Of a stretch of 64,000 nt of DNA, positions 1 to 9,203 are shown piece after piece. This DNA comes from an uncultured bacterium. GTDB lineage: Bacteria; Planctomycetota; Phycisphaerae; UBA1845. Location: the NCBI GenBank assembly GCA_965371245.1, contig CBDUXT010000009.1, positions 1,796 to 65,795 on the forward strand, read 5' to 3'. The notes beneath the pieces are model-generated. The model was not told the origin of the DNA, did not search any database, and worked only from the letters and a program-made list of their open reading frames with translations. A program made the position numbers and the translations under genes. Within the stretch, counting starts at the first letter, position 1, and each line of letters opens with the position of its first letter.

Positions 1-1360
1 GCAAAAGGGATGGCTTGCCACACCGACCCTCCTTGCGCATAGACACTCAGTATCCCCGCGGACGCGACGATCCCGATTCCTATTTCCGACAACAGAACCG
101 ACAGAGCATGGCGTACAGGCCAGAGTCTCTCACTGATGGCGAGCGTGAGGGCGATCCAAACGAAGAACGACACAACCGTCGCGATCGCGGCGCCCACCGC
201 GCCATAGCGGGGGACGAGGAACGCATCCAGAGCGATGTTCACGGCCGCCGCCAAGCCCACCGCAAACGGAATCCATCCCGTTCGCTCTTTCTTACACATC
301 CCCACATAACTGATGTAGGAGAAGCCATAGAAGACGCTCTGCCATGCAAGAATCCCGACAATCACGTACGTTCCCTGGTAAGCCGATGGGCTCAGGACGG
401 CGACCAGAACCGGCGCGAGCAAAGCGAGAATGACCGCACACGCCGAAGCGAACCCAAGATAGAGTCGTCCCACCGTCCTGAACAGTGCGGCCCCCTCGTT
501 GCTGTGAAGCGCATCATTCGACACCGGGGCCCAGGCCAAACCGAAAGCTCCAACAGCCAGCGCCAACACCATGGCGATCCTCGCGCCGACCGCGTACGCA
601 CCGAGCGCTTCGAATCCGAGATAGTGCTTGACGAACAGGTAGTCCGTGGTATTCAAGGCATACATTGCAAACGCGGCGGGCACGAGCGGCCCACCGAAGC
701 AAAGCAACCGCGGCCACCAACGCCCGTGCCACTCCGACCAGTCCAACTGCGCGCGAATGGACCACCACCCGACGAGGGCAACAATCAGCGAGGCGATCGC
801 ACTGCCTGCGAAGAACCCGGTAGTCCCCCAGTCAAGCCACCATACAAAGACCACGGTGAGCAACCCCGAACCAACCGCGTGGCTAAGTGTGATTGCCGTG
901 TAGCTCCACGGCCGATATAGTAGCCGCAACACCTCTGCACACTGATTGCTAAGTTGCCCAAACAAGACGCTCACGCAGACCATGGCGAACACCGGTAGTG
1001 CCACACTACTGTCGAACAGGCGCGCGCCAAAGTAGGGCCAAAGCAGCAGCAAGCCACTCAGGACAACCGCCCCCCAAATCACGCGCCATTGCAGGACGGC
1101 CATGATCACCTCCGCCTGTGCGGACGGGCCATTGTTTTTTTGCTCGAAGTAGAAGTAGCTCTGGGCAGACCCTGTCCCCGCCGCCAGTACGGTCCCCACT
1201 CAACCACCCAATACGATCACCGACGTGACCATGCCGAACTGAGCCGGCTCAAAGAGCGTGTGTAGATCGGCAGGCGCAGCGCGGCAACACCCTTGGCCGC
1301 GGCGCCGCCGATGCCGTAGATCAGGCAATCCTTAGCCAAACGTCGAATACGCGACTGCAA
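1..1360 (-). pseudogene. wzx: MOP/Wzx-family polysaccharide flippase, disrupted near its 5' end; 3' end runs off the left edge
   Basis: Hand translation of the minus strand. TTG start at 1360 follows AGGAG with a 7-nt spacer and gives MQSRIRRLAKDCLIYGIGGAAAKGVAALRLPIYTR. The family-typical continuation LFEPAQFGMVTSVIVLGG lies in another frame (1 nt missing near 1257-1259) and hits an in-frame TGA at 1200-1202. After that, one open multi-TM frame runs to position 1, including FLVPRYGAVGAAIATVVSFFVW. It is absent from the ORF track because no intact start-to-stop frame exists. Confidence 0.75.
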
Positions 1361-1381
1361 CCGGGAACTCCTGATAATCGA

Positions 1382-2815
1382 CTAGAAGTGCGTATTGTGT
1401 TGCGATCGTGGCTTGTGTCGCACACCGAGAAAATAGGTCGCCGCTCCCTTGAGACACTTCAGCGTACGTCGTGGCGGCAAGGAAGACAGCAGATATTTGG
1501 ACAACGCAATGACACGCCTGGGTTCGAAGTAGAACTCTCGGAAGGCCCTTCTCGCCAATCCGACGATCTCAGGCCTACTGATGCCATCGGGAACCCATAC
1601 TTCCTCCCGGTCCACGACCAGCTGGTTGCGTTCCCCTTCGATGCGTTGCCAGGATCCGTAGCGCTTACATGCGGCAAAGACGCGAGTTCCTTGGAAGGAC
1701 TCGAAGATCGGAAACACGCCGAACGTCAGACCCGAATGACGCGCGAACGAGATTGTCTTCAAGATGTCTTGCTCACACTCCCCTGGGAGGCCGATCATAA
1801 ACGATGAACTCGTGAATATGCCGGCTTCCGATGCGGATGCTATCCCCTCGACATTGTCCGCCCGGGTCAGTCCTTTCTCCAGCAGGTGCAACGTCTTGTC
1901 GTTTGCCGTCTCGCACCCGAACGTCATCATGTAGCACCCGGCTTCCTTCATGGCCGGCAGCATCTCCTTGTTCTTGACACTGTCGGCTCGCGTGAAGCAC
2001 GTCCACTTGAGTTTCAGCCCGGCCCTGATTAACGCGCCGCAAAAGTCGAGCACTCTCCTGCTGTTGACCGTGAAGATGTCATCATAGAACATGACTGAGT
2101 CATATCCGGCATCCCTATACCTTTTGAGTTCATCAATGGCTGCGGTCACGCTCCTGGTCCGCACTCTTCTCCCCATGGTTTCGGCCGCCGCACAGAAAGT
2201 GCACATGTAGGGACATCCTCGCGAAAAGAGGGTATGGATGACTTTCCGTCCGCGAATATGCACTGGCGGGTGATAGCGGCTGAGGTCGTACTTTCGCACG
2301 TCGGGTGGACCAATGAGGTCCAGGTCATCTATCGTTTGAGCTTTTCCGTTTAGCGTAAGGGTTCCATCGACTCCGCTTCGCGCGATGCCCGGGACCGCAC
2401 CAAGGTCGCGTGCATCCCTGATGGCCACAAGGAGCTCGGCCAGGGGGAGTTCGCCATCGCCGCTAACAACATAGTCCACGGCCGACGCCTCGAAATCCGA
2501 GGGGAACAGCGTGGCATGAGGTCCTCCGACAATAATGGTCCGGCCATTGGACTTCAGCCGGTGCGCGAGTTGCACAATTGCGGTGCGATTCGTGATATAG
2601 GATGAGAAGCCGATCACGTCGTAGTGCCGCAGACGTTTGACGCTCTCCTCCTGCGATGCGCCGGCCAGGTCGATGAGGTCAACATCAAAACCGTAGCGTT
2701 TCACATACGTTGATAGAAAGGCAACGCCGAGCAGAGGCAGTTCCGGTGCGAGGTCCTCCAAACTGCCATATTGCTCGGCGGCGCTTATCGGCGGGTTCAC
2801 GAGGGCGATTCTCAC
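1382..2815 (-). CDS. B12-binding-domain radical SAM enzyme (class B rSAM)
   Basis: 477-aa ORF with GTG start. The N-terminus is Rossmann-like and cobalamin-binding-like (RIALVNPP...LLGVAFLSTYVKRYGFDVDLIDL). The CxxxCxxC cluster motif is SRGCPYMCTFCAA. The start overlaps the upstream stop (GTGA at 2812-2815). Confidence 0.85.
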   Translation of the reverse strand: MRIALVNPPISAAEQYGSLEDLAPELPLLGVAFLSTYVKRYGFDVDLIDLAGASQEESVKRLRHYDVIGFSSYITNRTAIVQLAHRLKSNGRTIIVGGPHATLFPSDFEASAVDYVVSGDGELPLAELLVAIRDARDLGAVPGIARSGVDGTLTLNGKAQTIDDLDLIGPPDVRKYDLSRYHPPVHIRGRKVIHTLFSRGCPYMCTFCAAAETMGRRVRTRSVTAAIDELKRYRDAGYDSVMFYDDIFTVNSRRVLDFCGALIRAGLKLKWTCFTRADSVKNKEMLPAMKEAGCYMMTFGCETANDKTLHLLEKGLTRADNVEGIASASEAGIFTSSSFMIGLPGECEQDILKTISFARHSGLTFGVFPIFESFQGTRVFAACKRYGSWQRIEGERNQLVVDREEVWVPDGISRPEIVGLARRAFREFYFEPRRVIALSKYLLSSLPPRRTLKCLKGAATYFLGVRHKPRSQHNTHF

Positions 2816-4632
2816 TGGTCATGCCTCCCGTAAGCCGAACCCCGGGCACGGTGCGCGTCGATGACAAACCGTGTGCTGACCCGATGTGTCCGATTCAAGC
2901 CCGGGGCGCCGACCACCCGAGCATGTGCGGCCCGGTCGCGGGGTGAGCCTTCGAAGTATCCGGCGGACGCCATATGAAGACTCACGAACCGGGAGCCACA
3001 TTCCAGCCACTTCACGTTGCGCGTCGATGATTTGGATGTCGTATCTTCCACAACAACACGATGACTCTCGAAGCGTACGCAACGCTGAAGCTTCATCGGA
3101 CACCGCTGTCGTGGCGCCACCAGAAGACGCACCAAGATCTTCTTGATGAGATCTCCAAACCACAGGGAACGCATCAACGTGAGATTCGCCACGCGAAGCA
3201 GTACGAAGCGAAAGGGCGTGGGCAAGGCGTGGGGCATCTCATGGAACGAGCTGGTCAGTGTGATTCGAGTATCTTCGACCATGCACGGATTCTCCAGGCG
3301 CGTCATCTGTGTTGTGATCAGTGTTCCGTCCGCGAGTTGTCCCACATATCCGGCGTCATCCCATAGAGCCCGCCGCCCGAGCTTCGCGAATACTCGTAAG
3401 ACGCCGCCGTTGGATGCGCCAAGTACTGCAAAGTAGTGGTCCGTACCGCGGACATGAAGCCCGGCATCGGGAAAGTCCTGCCGTAGCTCTGACTCCTCCC
3501 ACGGGAGACGCGGCGCGCGCTCGTCTCGCTCGAGCACGCCGGTCTGAAGCACGCAAAGATAGTTGGAAAGCACTGGGGCGATGTTGCCCATATCCACATC
3601 AGCGAGGGTTACCGTGTGTCCGGTGGCGATGGCGCGGCATGTCGCCCGGGTGAGCGCCAGGGCAAGAGGGAAGTCCCTGCTCAACAGAGCGAGGCCCCCG
3701 GGGTAACAGATGGCCGTCCGACGTGAACCGTACTCGCCGGCGAATGATCCGTCTGGATGAGCGAAGTGGCTGACAAATGTCACTGCACGATTCAGGGCTA
3801 CTTGGAGTGCGGGCGTGTCCAGCCTTTGAGAAACCTGGGCAAGGTAGTACAGACAGAGCGTCTGATAGCCCGGGTCGGCGCCGTCGTACTCCGGGAACCA
3901 GCCCTCCGGCGACTGATGCTCGATCAGATTCTGAAGGAGACCTTCGGCCGTGTCTCGGCATCGCGTGTCGCCGAAGTGCTCCGCCGTCAGCAGAAGCGAA
4001 AGCACGGCTGCGGCGCGGTGGTTGGCGATATACCCATGTCCCTCGGTGTGCGTGCTCAGAAAGCCCGCACTGCGCAGCAACGCATGTTCGATTTCCTCGC
4101 GGGCCGTAGAATCAACCTCCGCAGCCACAAGCCGGAACGCTTCGAGGAGTGAGTGAAGGAGGAACGCCGTGGCGCCGAAGCTGTGCTCGTTCGGGAACGC
4201 TTGATCAAAGGAGCCGTCGCGGTGCTGAATCGTTCCCGCGAAGTGCAACCCTGCAACGACGCTGTCGAAGAGTATCGGGTTCCTGTAAAACTCGCTGCCG
4301 GGATCAGTGTAGAGCCATGCCATGGAATGAACATTGCGCTGGAACGTCGCCTCTGGAAAGTCTACCAGTTTCCACGCCCAATACCGGCGATCAAAACACC
4401 CGTACGTGGGTGAGTAGCGGTCGCGGTCCTGCTCACTCAGCAGGCGACGGATCGTGCCCGTACCCAGTGATCGGAGTTCGTGAACCGGGTTGGGATCGGC
4501 CTCCAGGGCGTCTGGCGTGTCGCAAAGCAGCATGTCGTAATCCCTGTTATCTTCTGCGGACGAATACCGCCGATATCGAGGGTCCGATGTCCTCTCGATC
4601 GGCGTTGGTAAGAAGGGTGGCCGCATGGTCAT
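2812..4632 (-). CDS. hypothetical protein, probable alpha/alpha-toroid fold (heparinase II/III- or terpenoid-cyclase-like)
   Basis: ORF track gives 2812..4686. I prefer ATG 4632, just after the stop of the upstream gene at 4638. Recurrent HRDGSF / SPEGWF / HPDGSF motifs are spaced about 100 aa apart. The function call is weak. Confidence 0.7.
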   Translation of the reverse strand: MTMRPPFLPTPIERTSDPRYRRYSSAEDNRDYDMLLCDTPDALEADPNPVHELRSLGTGTIRRLLSEQDRDRYSPTYGCFDRRYWAWKLVDFPEATFQRNVHSMAWLYTDPGSEFYRNPILFDSVVAGLHFAGTIQHRDGSFDQAFPNEHSFGATAFLLHSLLEAFRLVAAEVDSTAREEIEHALLRSAGFLSTHTEGHGYIANHRAAAVLSLLLTAEHFGDTRCRDTAEGLLQNLIEHQSPEGWFPEYDGADPGYQTLCLYYLAQVSQRLDTPALQVALNRAVTFVSHFAHPDGSFAGEYGSRRTAICYPGGLALLSRDFPLALALTRATCRAIATGHTVTLADVDMGNIAPVLSNYLCVLQTGVLERDERAPRLPWEESELRQDFPDAGLHVRGTDHYFAVLGASNGGVLRVFAKLGRRALWDDAGYVGQLADGTLITTQMTRLENPCMVEDTRITLTSSFHEMPHALPTPFRFVLLRVANLTLMRSLWFGDLIKKILVRLLVAPRQRCPMKLQRCVRFESHRVVVEDTTSKSSTRNVKWLECGSRFVSLHMASAGYFEGSPRDRAAHARVVGAPGLNRTHRVSTRFVIDAHRARGSAYGRHDQ

Positions 4633-4637
4633 ATCAA

Positions 4638-6042
4638 CTAATCCATGAACCGGCCATGCCAGAGTTCGAGACAGAGCGCGCCCCACAGTTGTCGACCGAA
4701 GCGTGATGGCTCGTCTATCAGACGCTCCAGTTCCTTCGGTTCAAAGAGCCCACGCTCCTTGCAATTTCTGGAAAGCAGCACGTCCGCGGCGAAGCTGCGA
4801 AGCGGGCCGTCCGCGAGCCATTCAGCGAGTGGAACCGGAAACCCCATCTTGTCTTTTCGGGCCAACACGCTTTGAGGCAGCAGATTCCTGGCCACCTTCT
4901 TGAGAATGTATTTCGTTTGCCCGCCTCTAAACTTGATCGATGGCGGCATGGTCGTTACGAGATCCACGATACGTGTGTCCAGAAACGGAACACGGGACTC
5001 GAGTGAGACGGCCATGCTCACGCGATCCTCAACCTGAAGAAGAGCGGGCAGCATGGCCTTCTGGTCGAAGTGGGTCATCTTGTTCACCAGCGACCGAGTC
5101 TGCGGGTGATTGAACACTTTCTGGAAATCGGCGAACACCTCATCCTGGTCGAACCGGTCGCGGGCGTCGGGTGTCAACAGGCGAGCAACGTCGGGTCCGC
5201 GATGGATCAACCGGAAGTACCGTGCGTCCATGTCGTCGAACAGTCCGTCCCGCCAGAAGTGTTGCATCAGCGGCTGGTACCGCCGCAACAGCGGCAGATT
5301 CGGAATGAACGAGGCCAGCGTGACGACGTGCTTCCCTTCTTCCTGCGTTTCGAGGATCGCGCCTTTGATGGCCTGCTCGAGGTAGCCGATCAGGTAGCGG
5401 GCATATCCGGCGAAGATTTCGTCTCCCCCCTGTCCGCCCAAGACGACCTTGACGTGCCGAGCCGCGTCCTGACTGACAATGTACTGCGGGAAGAGCCCCG
5501 GACCGGCGGCCGGTTCATCGAGGAAATAGATGAGCTTGGGCGAGGATGGCCTTGATCTCCGAAGCGAAAACAAGCTCGTCGCCGCGGATGGCGTAGTAGA
5601 GCGGCTTGGTCCCAAACGGATCGCGCGCCAGAAGCCACTCGCCCGTCCGACGATCGACAAAGGCGAACGCGAACATCCCGTTCAGCTCGTCGAGGGCGGC
5701 CGGTCCCTTGCGAATGAGCATCTGGAGGAGCACTTCGGAGTCCGAGGATGTCCGGAACTGGACCTCGCGATCGACCAAGTCGGCACGCAACTCGAGGTAG
5801 TTGTAGATCTCGCCGTTGTAGGTGAGCGCGTAGCGCCCATCCTCGGATGTCATCGGCTGGGCACCGCCCTCGACATCGATAATGGCCAACCGCCGATGAC
5901 CGAAACAGAACCCCTCGCCACAGCAGAGCCCTTCGCCGGCCGGGCCGCGATGGGCCCGACGAGACATCATGTCTCGAACAACGGGTGCGCGTTCGGCGGG
6001 CGCCGTGCCCGCGGAACTGAATACGCCGCAGATTCCGCACAT
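4638..6042 (-). pseudogene. asparagine synthase (AsnB)-family amidotransferase with internal deletion and frame change
   Basis: An N-terminal Ntn glutaminase domain (MCGICGVF...LVFASEIKAILA, 6042 to about 5540) ends at a stop at 5515. The C-terminal synthetase part (KLIYFLDEPAAGP...VLGGQGGDEIFAGYARY..., about 5537 to 4638) is in a different frame. The region that normally holds the SGGxDS PP-loop is absent. Confidence 0.7.
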
Positions 6043-6964
6043 GCCGGTTCGCCATCCTGTCTGCGGTAGGGCGCGACCTGGCGCTCCACGGCGCCAAGGG
6101 TCGATACGATCCTGGTGCGGAGTCTTCTCCTGCTCTCGCGAACCCGGTGCGCCGGGTCCCACAACGAAGCTCGCCTCACCCGGCGACCCCTTTTTGAGCC
6201 TCCGCATGCGCCGGGACCAGCCACCGATGGGCCAGTAGTACAGGAGAACCATGGTGAGGTAGCCGAGTGTCGTCACGCCGCCGACCATCTTGCTCTGACT
6301 CTGCTTCTGGTTGTATCGAAGCATGAAGGGAACCTCGGTGATGCGCGCCGCCAGCAGCTTGAGTTTGACCAGCTTCTCGAGCGTGCAGGTGAAACCGAGC
6401 CCCTTGAGCTGGATGAAGTCGTTGCCGTAAAAGTTGACGGCCTCTTGAATGATGCCGGCGCGGTACGCGCGAAACCCGCAGGAGTACTCACGAATGCCCT
6501 TGATCGGGAAGAGTACTTTCATAAACAGATTGGCGCACCGGCTGACCAGGGCGCGATAGGCGCTGACGCCCGTCTGCCCGCCGCCCGGTTGAAAACGCGA
6601 AGCGATGACCACGTCGTGGCCCTCTTCGAGCTTGGCGATCATGGACGGAATGAACTCGGGACCGTGCGTGTCGTCGCAGTCCATTCGCACGATGACATCG
6701 TCCGGTTCACAGACCTCTGCCACGTATTCGAACAGGTCGCGACTGGTTTCTCCCAGACCTCTGTTCAGCTTGTGACGCAGAACGTGAAGGGGCATACTCT
6801 CCGTAAAGCGCCGGAGCAACTCGCGCGTGCTGTCTGAACTGCCGTCGTCGCAGACGACAACTTGGTAGGATCCGTCCAGCCCCCCCGAGGGCCGCGCGGA
6901 TTTTCGGAAGCAGTACGCGGAAAGACATGGCCTCGCTGAAAGCCGGCAGCAGGACAAAGACCAT
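6043..6964 (-). pseudogene. family-2 glycosyltransferase (DPM1/GtrB-like) with a frameshift in a homopolymer; no stop before asnB
   Basis: AAGGAGG + 6 nt + ATG (6964) gives MVFVLLPAFSEAMSFRVLLPKIRAALGG. The expected continuation LDGSYQVVVCDDGSSDST... is in the frame of ORF 5515..7005. The switch falls in a C7 run at 6880-6886 (G7 on the coding strand). The downstream frame stays open into the asnB ATG. Confidence 0.7.
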
Positions 6965-7352
6965 GGACCGCCTCCTTGCGCTGCGAGATGCCTCTGGGAC
7001 GCCACGCACCGTGAACGCCACGAACGTCGATCCGAAAGGCCGCCACGCCCTGGGGCAAGGCGTGGCGTAACTGGTTACGGGCGCACGTCATGTACGCCCG
7101 AAAAAAGAATCGGCAAAACGAGCGGTCTGTTTAGTTTCCTCCGATAATTCCCCCGATCATCGTGGATGACGCCATCATCACGCCGCCGACGAGGCCAAGA
7201 GGAACGTCCGCTCGATCCTCGTTCGGCTCAGCGGCGGCGAACGGCTGGACGTAGCGCGGGTCGGCGCGTCACTCCGTCAGTTCATGGGTGCGTGAACCCG
7301 ATGTGTCGCCCTCATCCGTCGCCGACGCTGGTGCGGCTTCGGTCACCCGCCA

Positions 7353-7379
7353 GGTAGGGCAGGTCGATGACCTGCCTTT
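7353..7379. repeat. 27-nt palindromic repeat, copy 1
   Basis: Sequence is ggtagggcaggtcgatgacctgccttt. The core GGCAGGTC-gat-GACCTGCC is a perfect 8-bp-arm palindrome. Confidence 0.8.
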
Positions 7380-7599
7380 TCTATAAATCTATGATCAATC
7401 ATCGGTGTCAGGAACTTCGATCGTACTCGACGCGGGCCGATTCGGATCAAACCAACCCAGCCTGACGTCAGAAGGAACGCTCGGTCACGGCCAGGACAAC
7501 CGTCGATGGACGTAACTGCAATTCCCCGGTTTGAGGTGAGTATGGTCACCTCGTATTCGATTCCGTCGCGAATCCGCTGGTTTCACGTGGGCCAAGGGT

Positions 7600-7627
7600 A
7601 AAGGCAGGTCATCGACCCTGCCCTACC
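7600..7627. repeat. 28-nt palindromic repeat, copy 2 (inverted relative to copy 1)
   Basis: Sequence is aaaggcaggtcatcgaccctgccctacc. It equals the reverse complement of copy 1 apart from one extra nucleotide. Confidence 0.8.
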
Positions 7628-7794
7628 GCCCTGACAAATGGGATATCCCCGTCCGGAAGGTTCAAGTGGTCGCCGAGGGAAGCGGAAGTCCCACGGGTCT
7701 GGATTTGACCGGCCATCTTGCTATGATCGAGTCTCCTCAACGCCTCAATCGGGAGTCTCGGAGGAAGCAACGACTTGGCCGGAGATAGATCATT

Positions 7795-9192
7795 ATGAAG
7801 CATTCCAAGGCAACGATGATCGCGCTGATCCCAACGTGTGCATGGCTACTGGGCGGCGGAACGCCCGCGCAGGGGCAGACCATCATCACCGAGATCATCG
7901 ATGCGACCGGCGACGGCGCGGGCAACGGCCTTGTCGAACCCAACGGAATCGCCGTGGACACCGTGGGCAACACCTTTGTGACGGGAGGGTCAAGCAACAA
8001 GGCCTTCAGGATCACGCCTACCGGGGTCATCACCGAAATCATCGACAGTACCGGCGACGGCGCGGGCAACGAGTTTGGGTTTGCTGCACTCATTGCCGTG
8101 GACGCCGAGGACAACGTCTACGTGACGGGGTTCTTCAGCAACAACGCCTTCAAGATAACGGCCGCCGGGGTCATAACCGAGATCATCGACATGACCGGCG
8201 GCGGCGCGGCTAATGGTCTTGATGGTGCCGGCGGCATGGCTGTGGACACTGCCGGCAACGCCTATGTTACGGGAACGCGCAGCGACAACGCTTTCAAGAT
8301 CGCGCCCGCCCGGATCATCACCGAGATAATCGACGCGACTGGCGACGGCGCGGGCAATGGCCTTGATGGTTCTGCCGCCGTCGCCGTGGACGATGCGGGC
8401 AACGTCTACATGACGGGGTGGCTCAGCAACAACGCCTTCAAGATCACGCCCGACGGCCTCATCACCGTGATCATCGACGCGACTGGCGACGGCGCGGGCA
8501 ACGGTCTTGATGATCCTGAAGGCATCGCCTTGGACGCCGCAGGCAACGTCTACGTGACTGGGCGGGGCAGCGCCAACGCCTTCAAGATTACGCCCGCCGG
8601 GGTCATCAGTGAGATCATCGACTCGACCGGCGACGGCGCGAGTAATGGTCTTGCTAGTCCTATCGGAATTGCCGCGGACGGCGCGGGCAACGTCTATGTG
8701 ACAGGAGAACTAAGCGACAATGCCTTCAAGATCACGCCCTCCGGGGTCATCACCGAGATCATCGACGCGACCGGCGACGGCGCGGGCAATGGTCTTGTCG
8801 GACCCAGCGGCATCGCCGTAGACACCTCGGGCACCGTCTATGTGACGGGACTACTAAGCGCCAACGCGTTCAAGATCGCACCTGACTGCAACACCAACGA
8901 CATCCCCGACTCAACTGACATCGCCAATGGCACCAGCCGGGACTGCAACGTAAATCTTACGCTCGACGTGTGCGAAACGATCGGCCTCGGTGACTTCGAC
9001 GTGGACGCCGTCGTCGATCTGGACGATTACTCCGCCTTCGCCGACTGCATGTCCGAACCGGATCAAGAACCCCAGCCGTCGTCCCCCGAGTGCGTCAACG
9101 CCTGCTTGGCCGCGTTCGATCTCGACGGCGACAACGACGTGGACCTGGTCGACTTCGCCCGGTTCACGGCCGTGTTCACGCGCCCACTGTAG
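7795..9192 (+). CDS. secreted beta-propeller repeat protein (NHL/SBBP-like, 9 repeats) with dockerin/EF-hand-like C-terminus
   Basis: Signal-peptide-like N-terminus. Nine units of about 46 aa follow the pattern ITEIIDATGDGAGNGL..P.GIAVD..GNVYVTG..SNNAFKITP.GV. The C-terminus is ...DCNTNDIPDSTD...DLDGDNDVDLVDFARFTAVF. Confidence 0.85.
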   Translation: MKHSKATMIALIPTCAWLLGGGTPAQGQTIITEIIDATGDGAGNGLVEPNGIAVDTVGNTFVTGGSSNKAFRITPTGVITEIIDSTGDGAGNEFGFAALIAVDAEDNVYVTGFFSNNAFKITAAGVITEIIDMTGGGAANGLDGAGGMAVDTAGNAYVTGTRSDNAFKIAPARIITEIIDATGDGAGNGLDGSAAVAVDDAGNVYMTGWLSNNAFKITPDGLITVIIDATGDGAGNGLDDPEGIALDAAGNVYVTGRGSANAFKITPAGVISEIIDSTGDGASNGLASPIGIAADGAGNVYVTGELSDNAFKITPSGVITEIIDATGDGAGNGLVGPSGIAVDTSGTVYVTGLLSANAFKIAPDCNTNDIPDSTDIANGTSRDCNVNLTLDVCETIGLGDFDVDAVVDLDDYSAFADCMSEPDQEPQPSSPECVNACLAAFDLDGDNDVDLVDFARFTAVFTRPL

Positions 9193-9203
9193 GCCCGCTG
9201 ATC

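Noticed and set aside
15-920. 301-aa plus-strand ORF at the left edge
   Set aside because: It is Arg/Pro/His/Asp-rich with no membrane or domain character. It lies exactly antisense to the clearly Wzx-like minus-strand frame and is a typical high-GC shadow ORF.
1135-1141. T7 (A7 on the coding strand) tract in wzx as a third frameshift site
   Set aside because: I first miscounted it as 8 nt. With the actual 7 nt, the Wzx frame reads straight through (...YFYFEQKNNGPSAQAEVIMAVLQW...).
7131-7346. Minus-strand small ORF with a Gly-zipper tail (LGLVGGVMMASSTMIGGIIGGN*) interrupted by an in-frame TGA at 7269-7271
   Set aside because: No intact start-to-stop frame, no RBS, and no evidence for selenocysteine or recoding. 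Many genes here terminate with TGA. It is at best a remnant.
7795-9192. Regular ~138-nt tandem repeats as a possible CRISPR-like array
   Set aside because: The repeats are contiguous, without unique spacers, and in frame. They encode a repeated protein blade. No cas genes are present.
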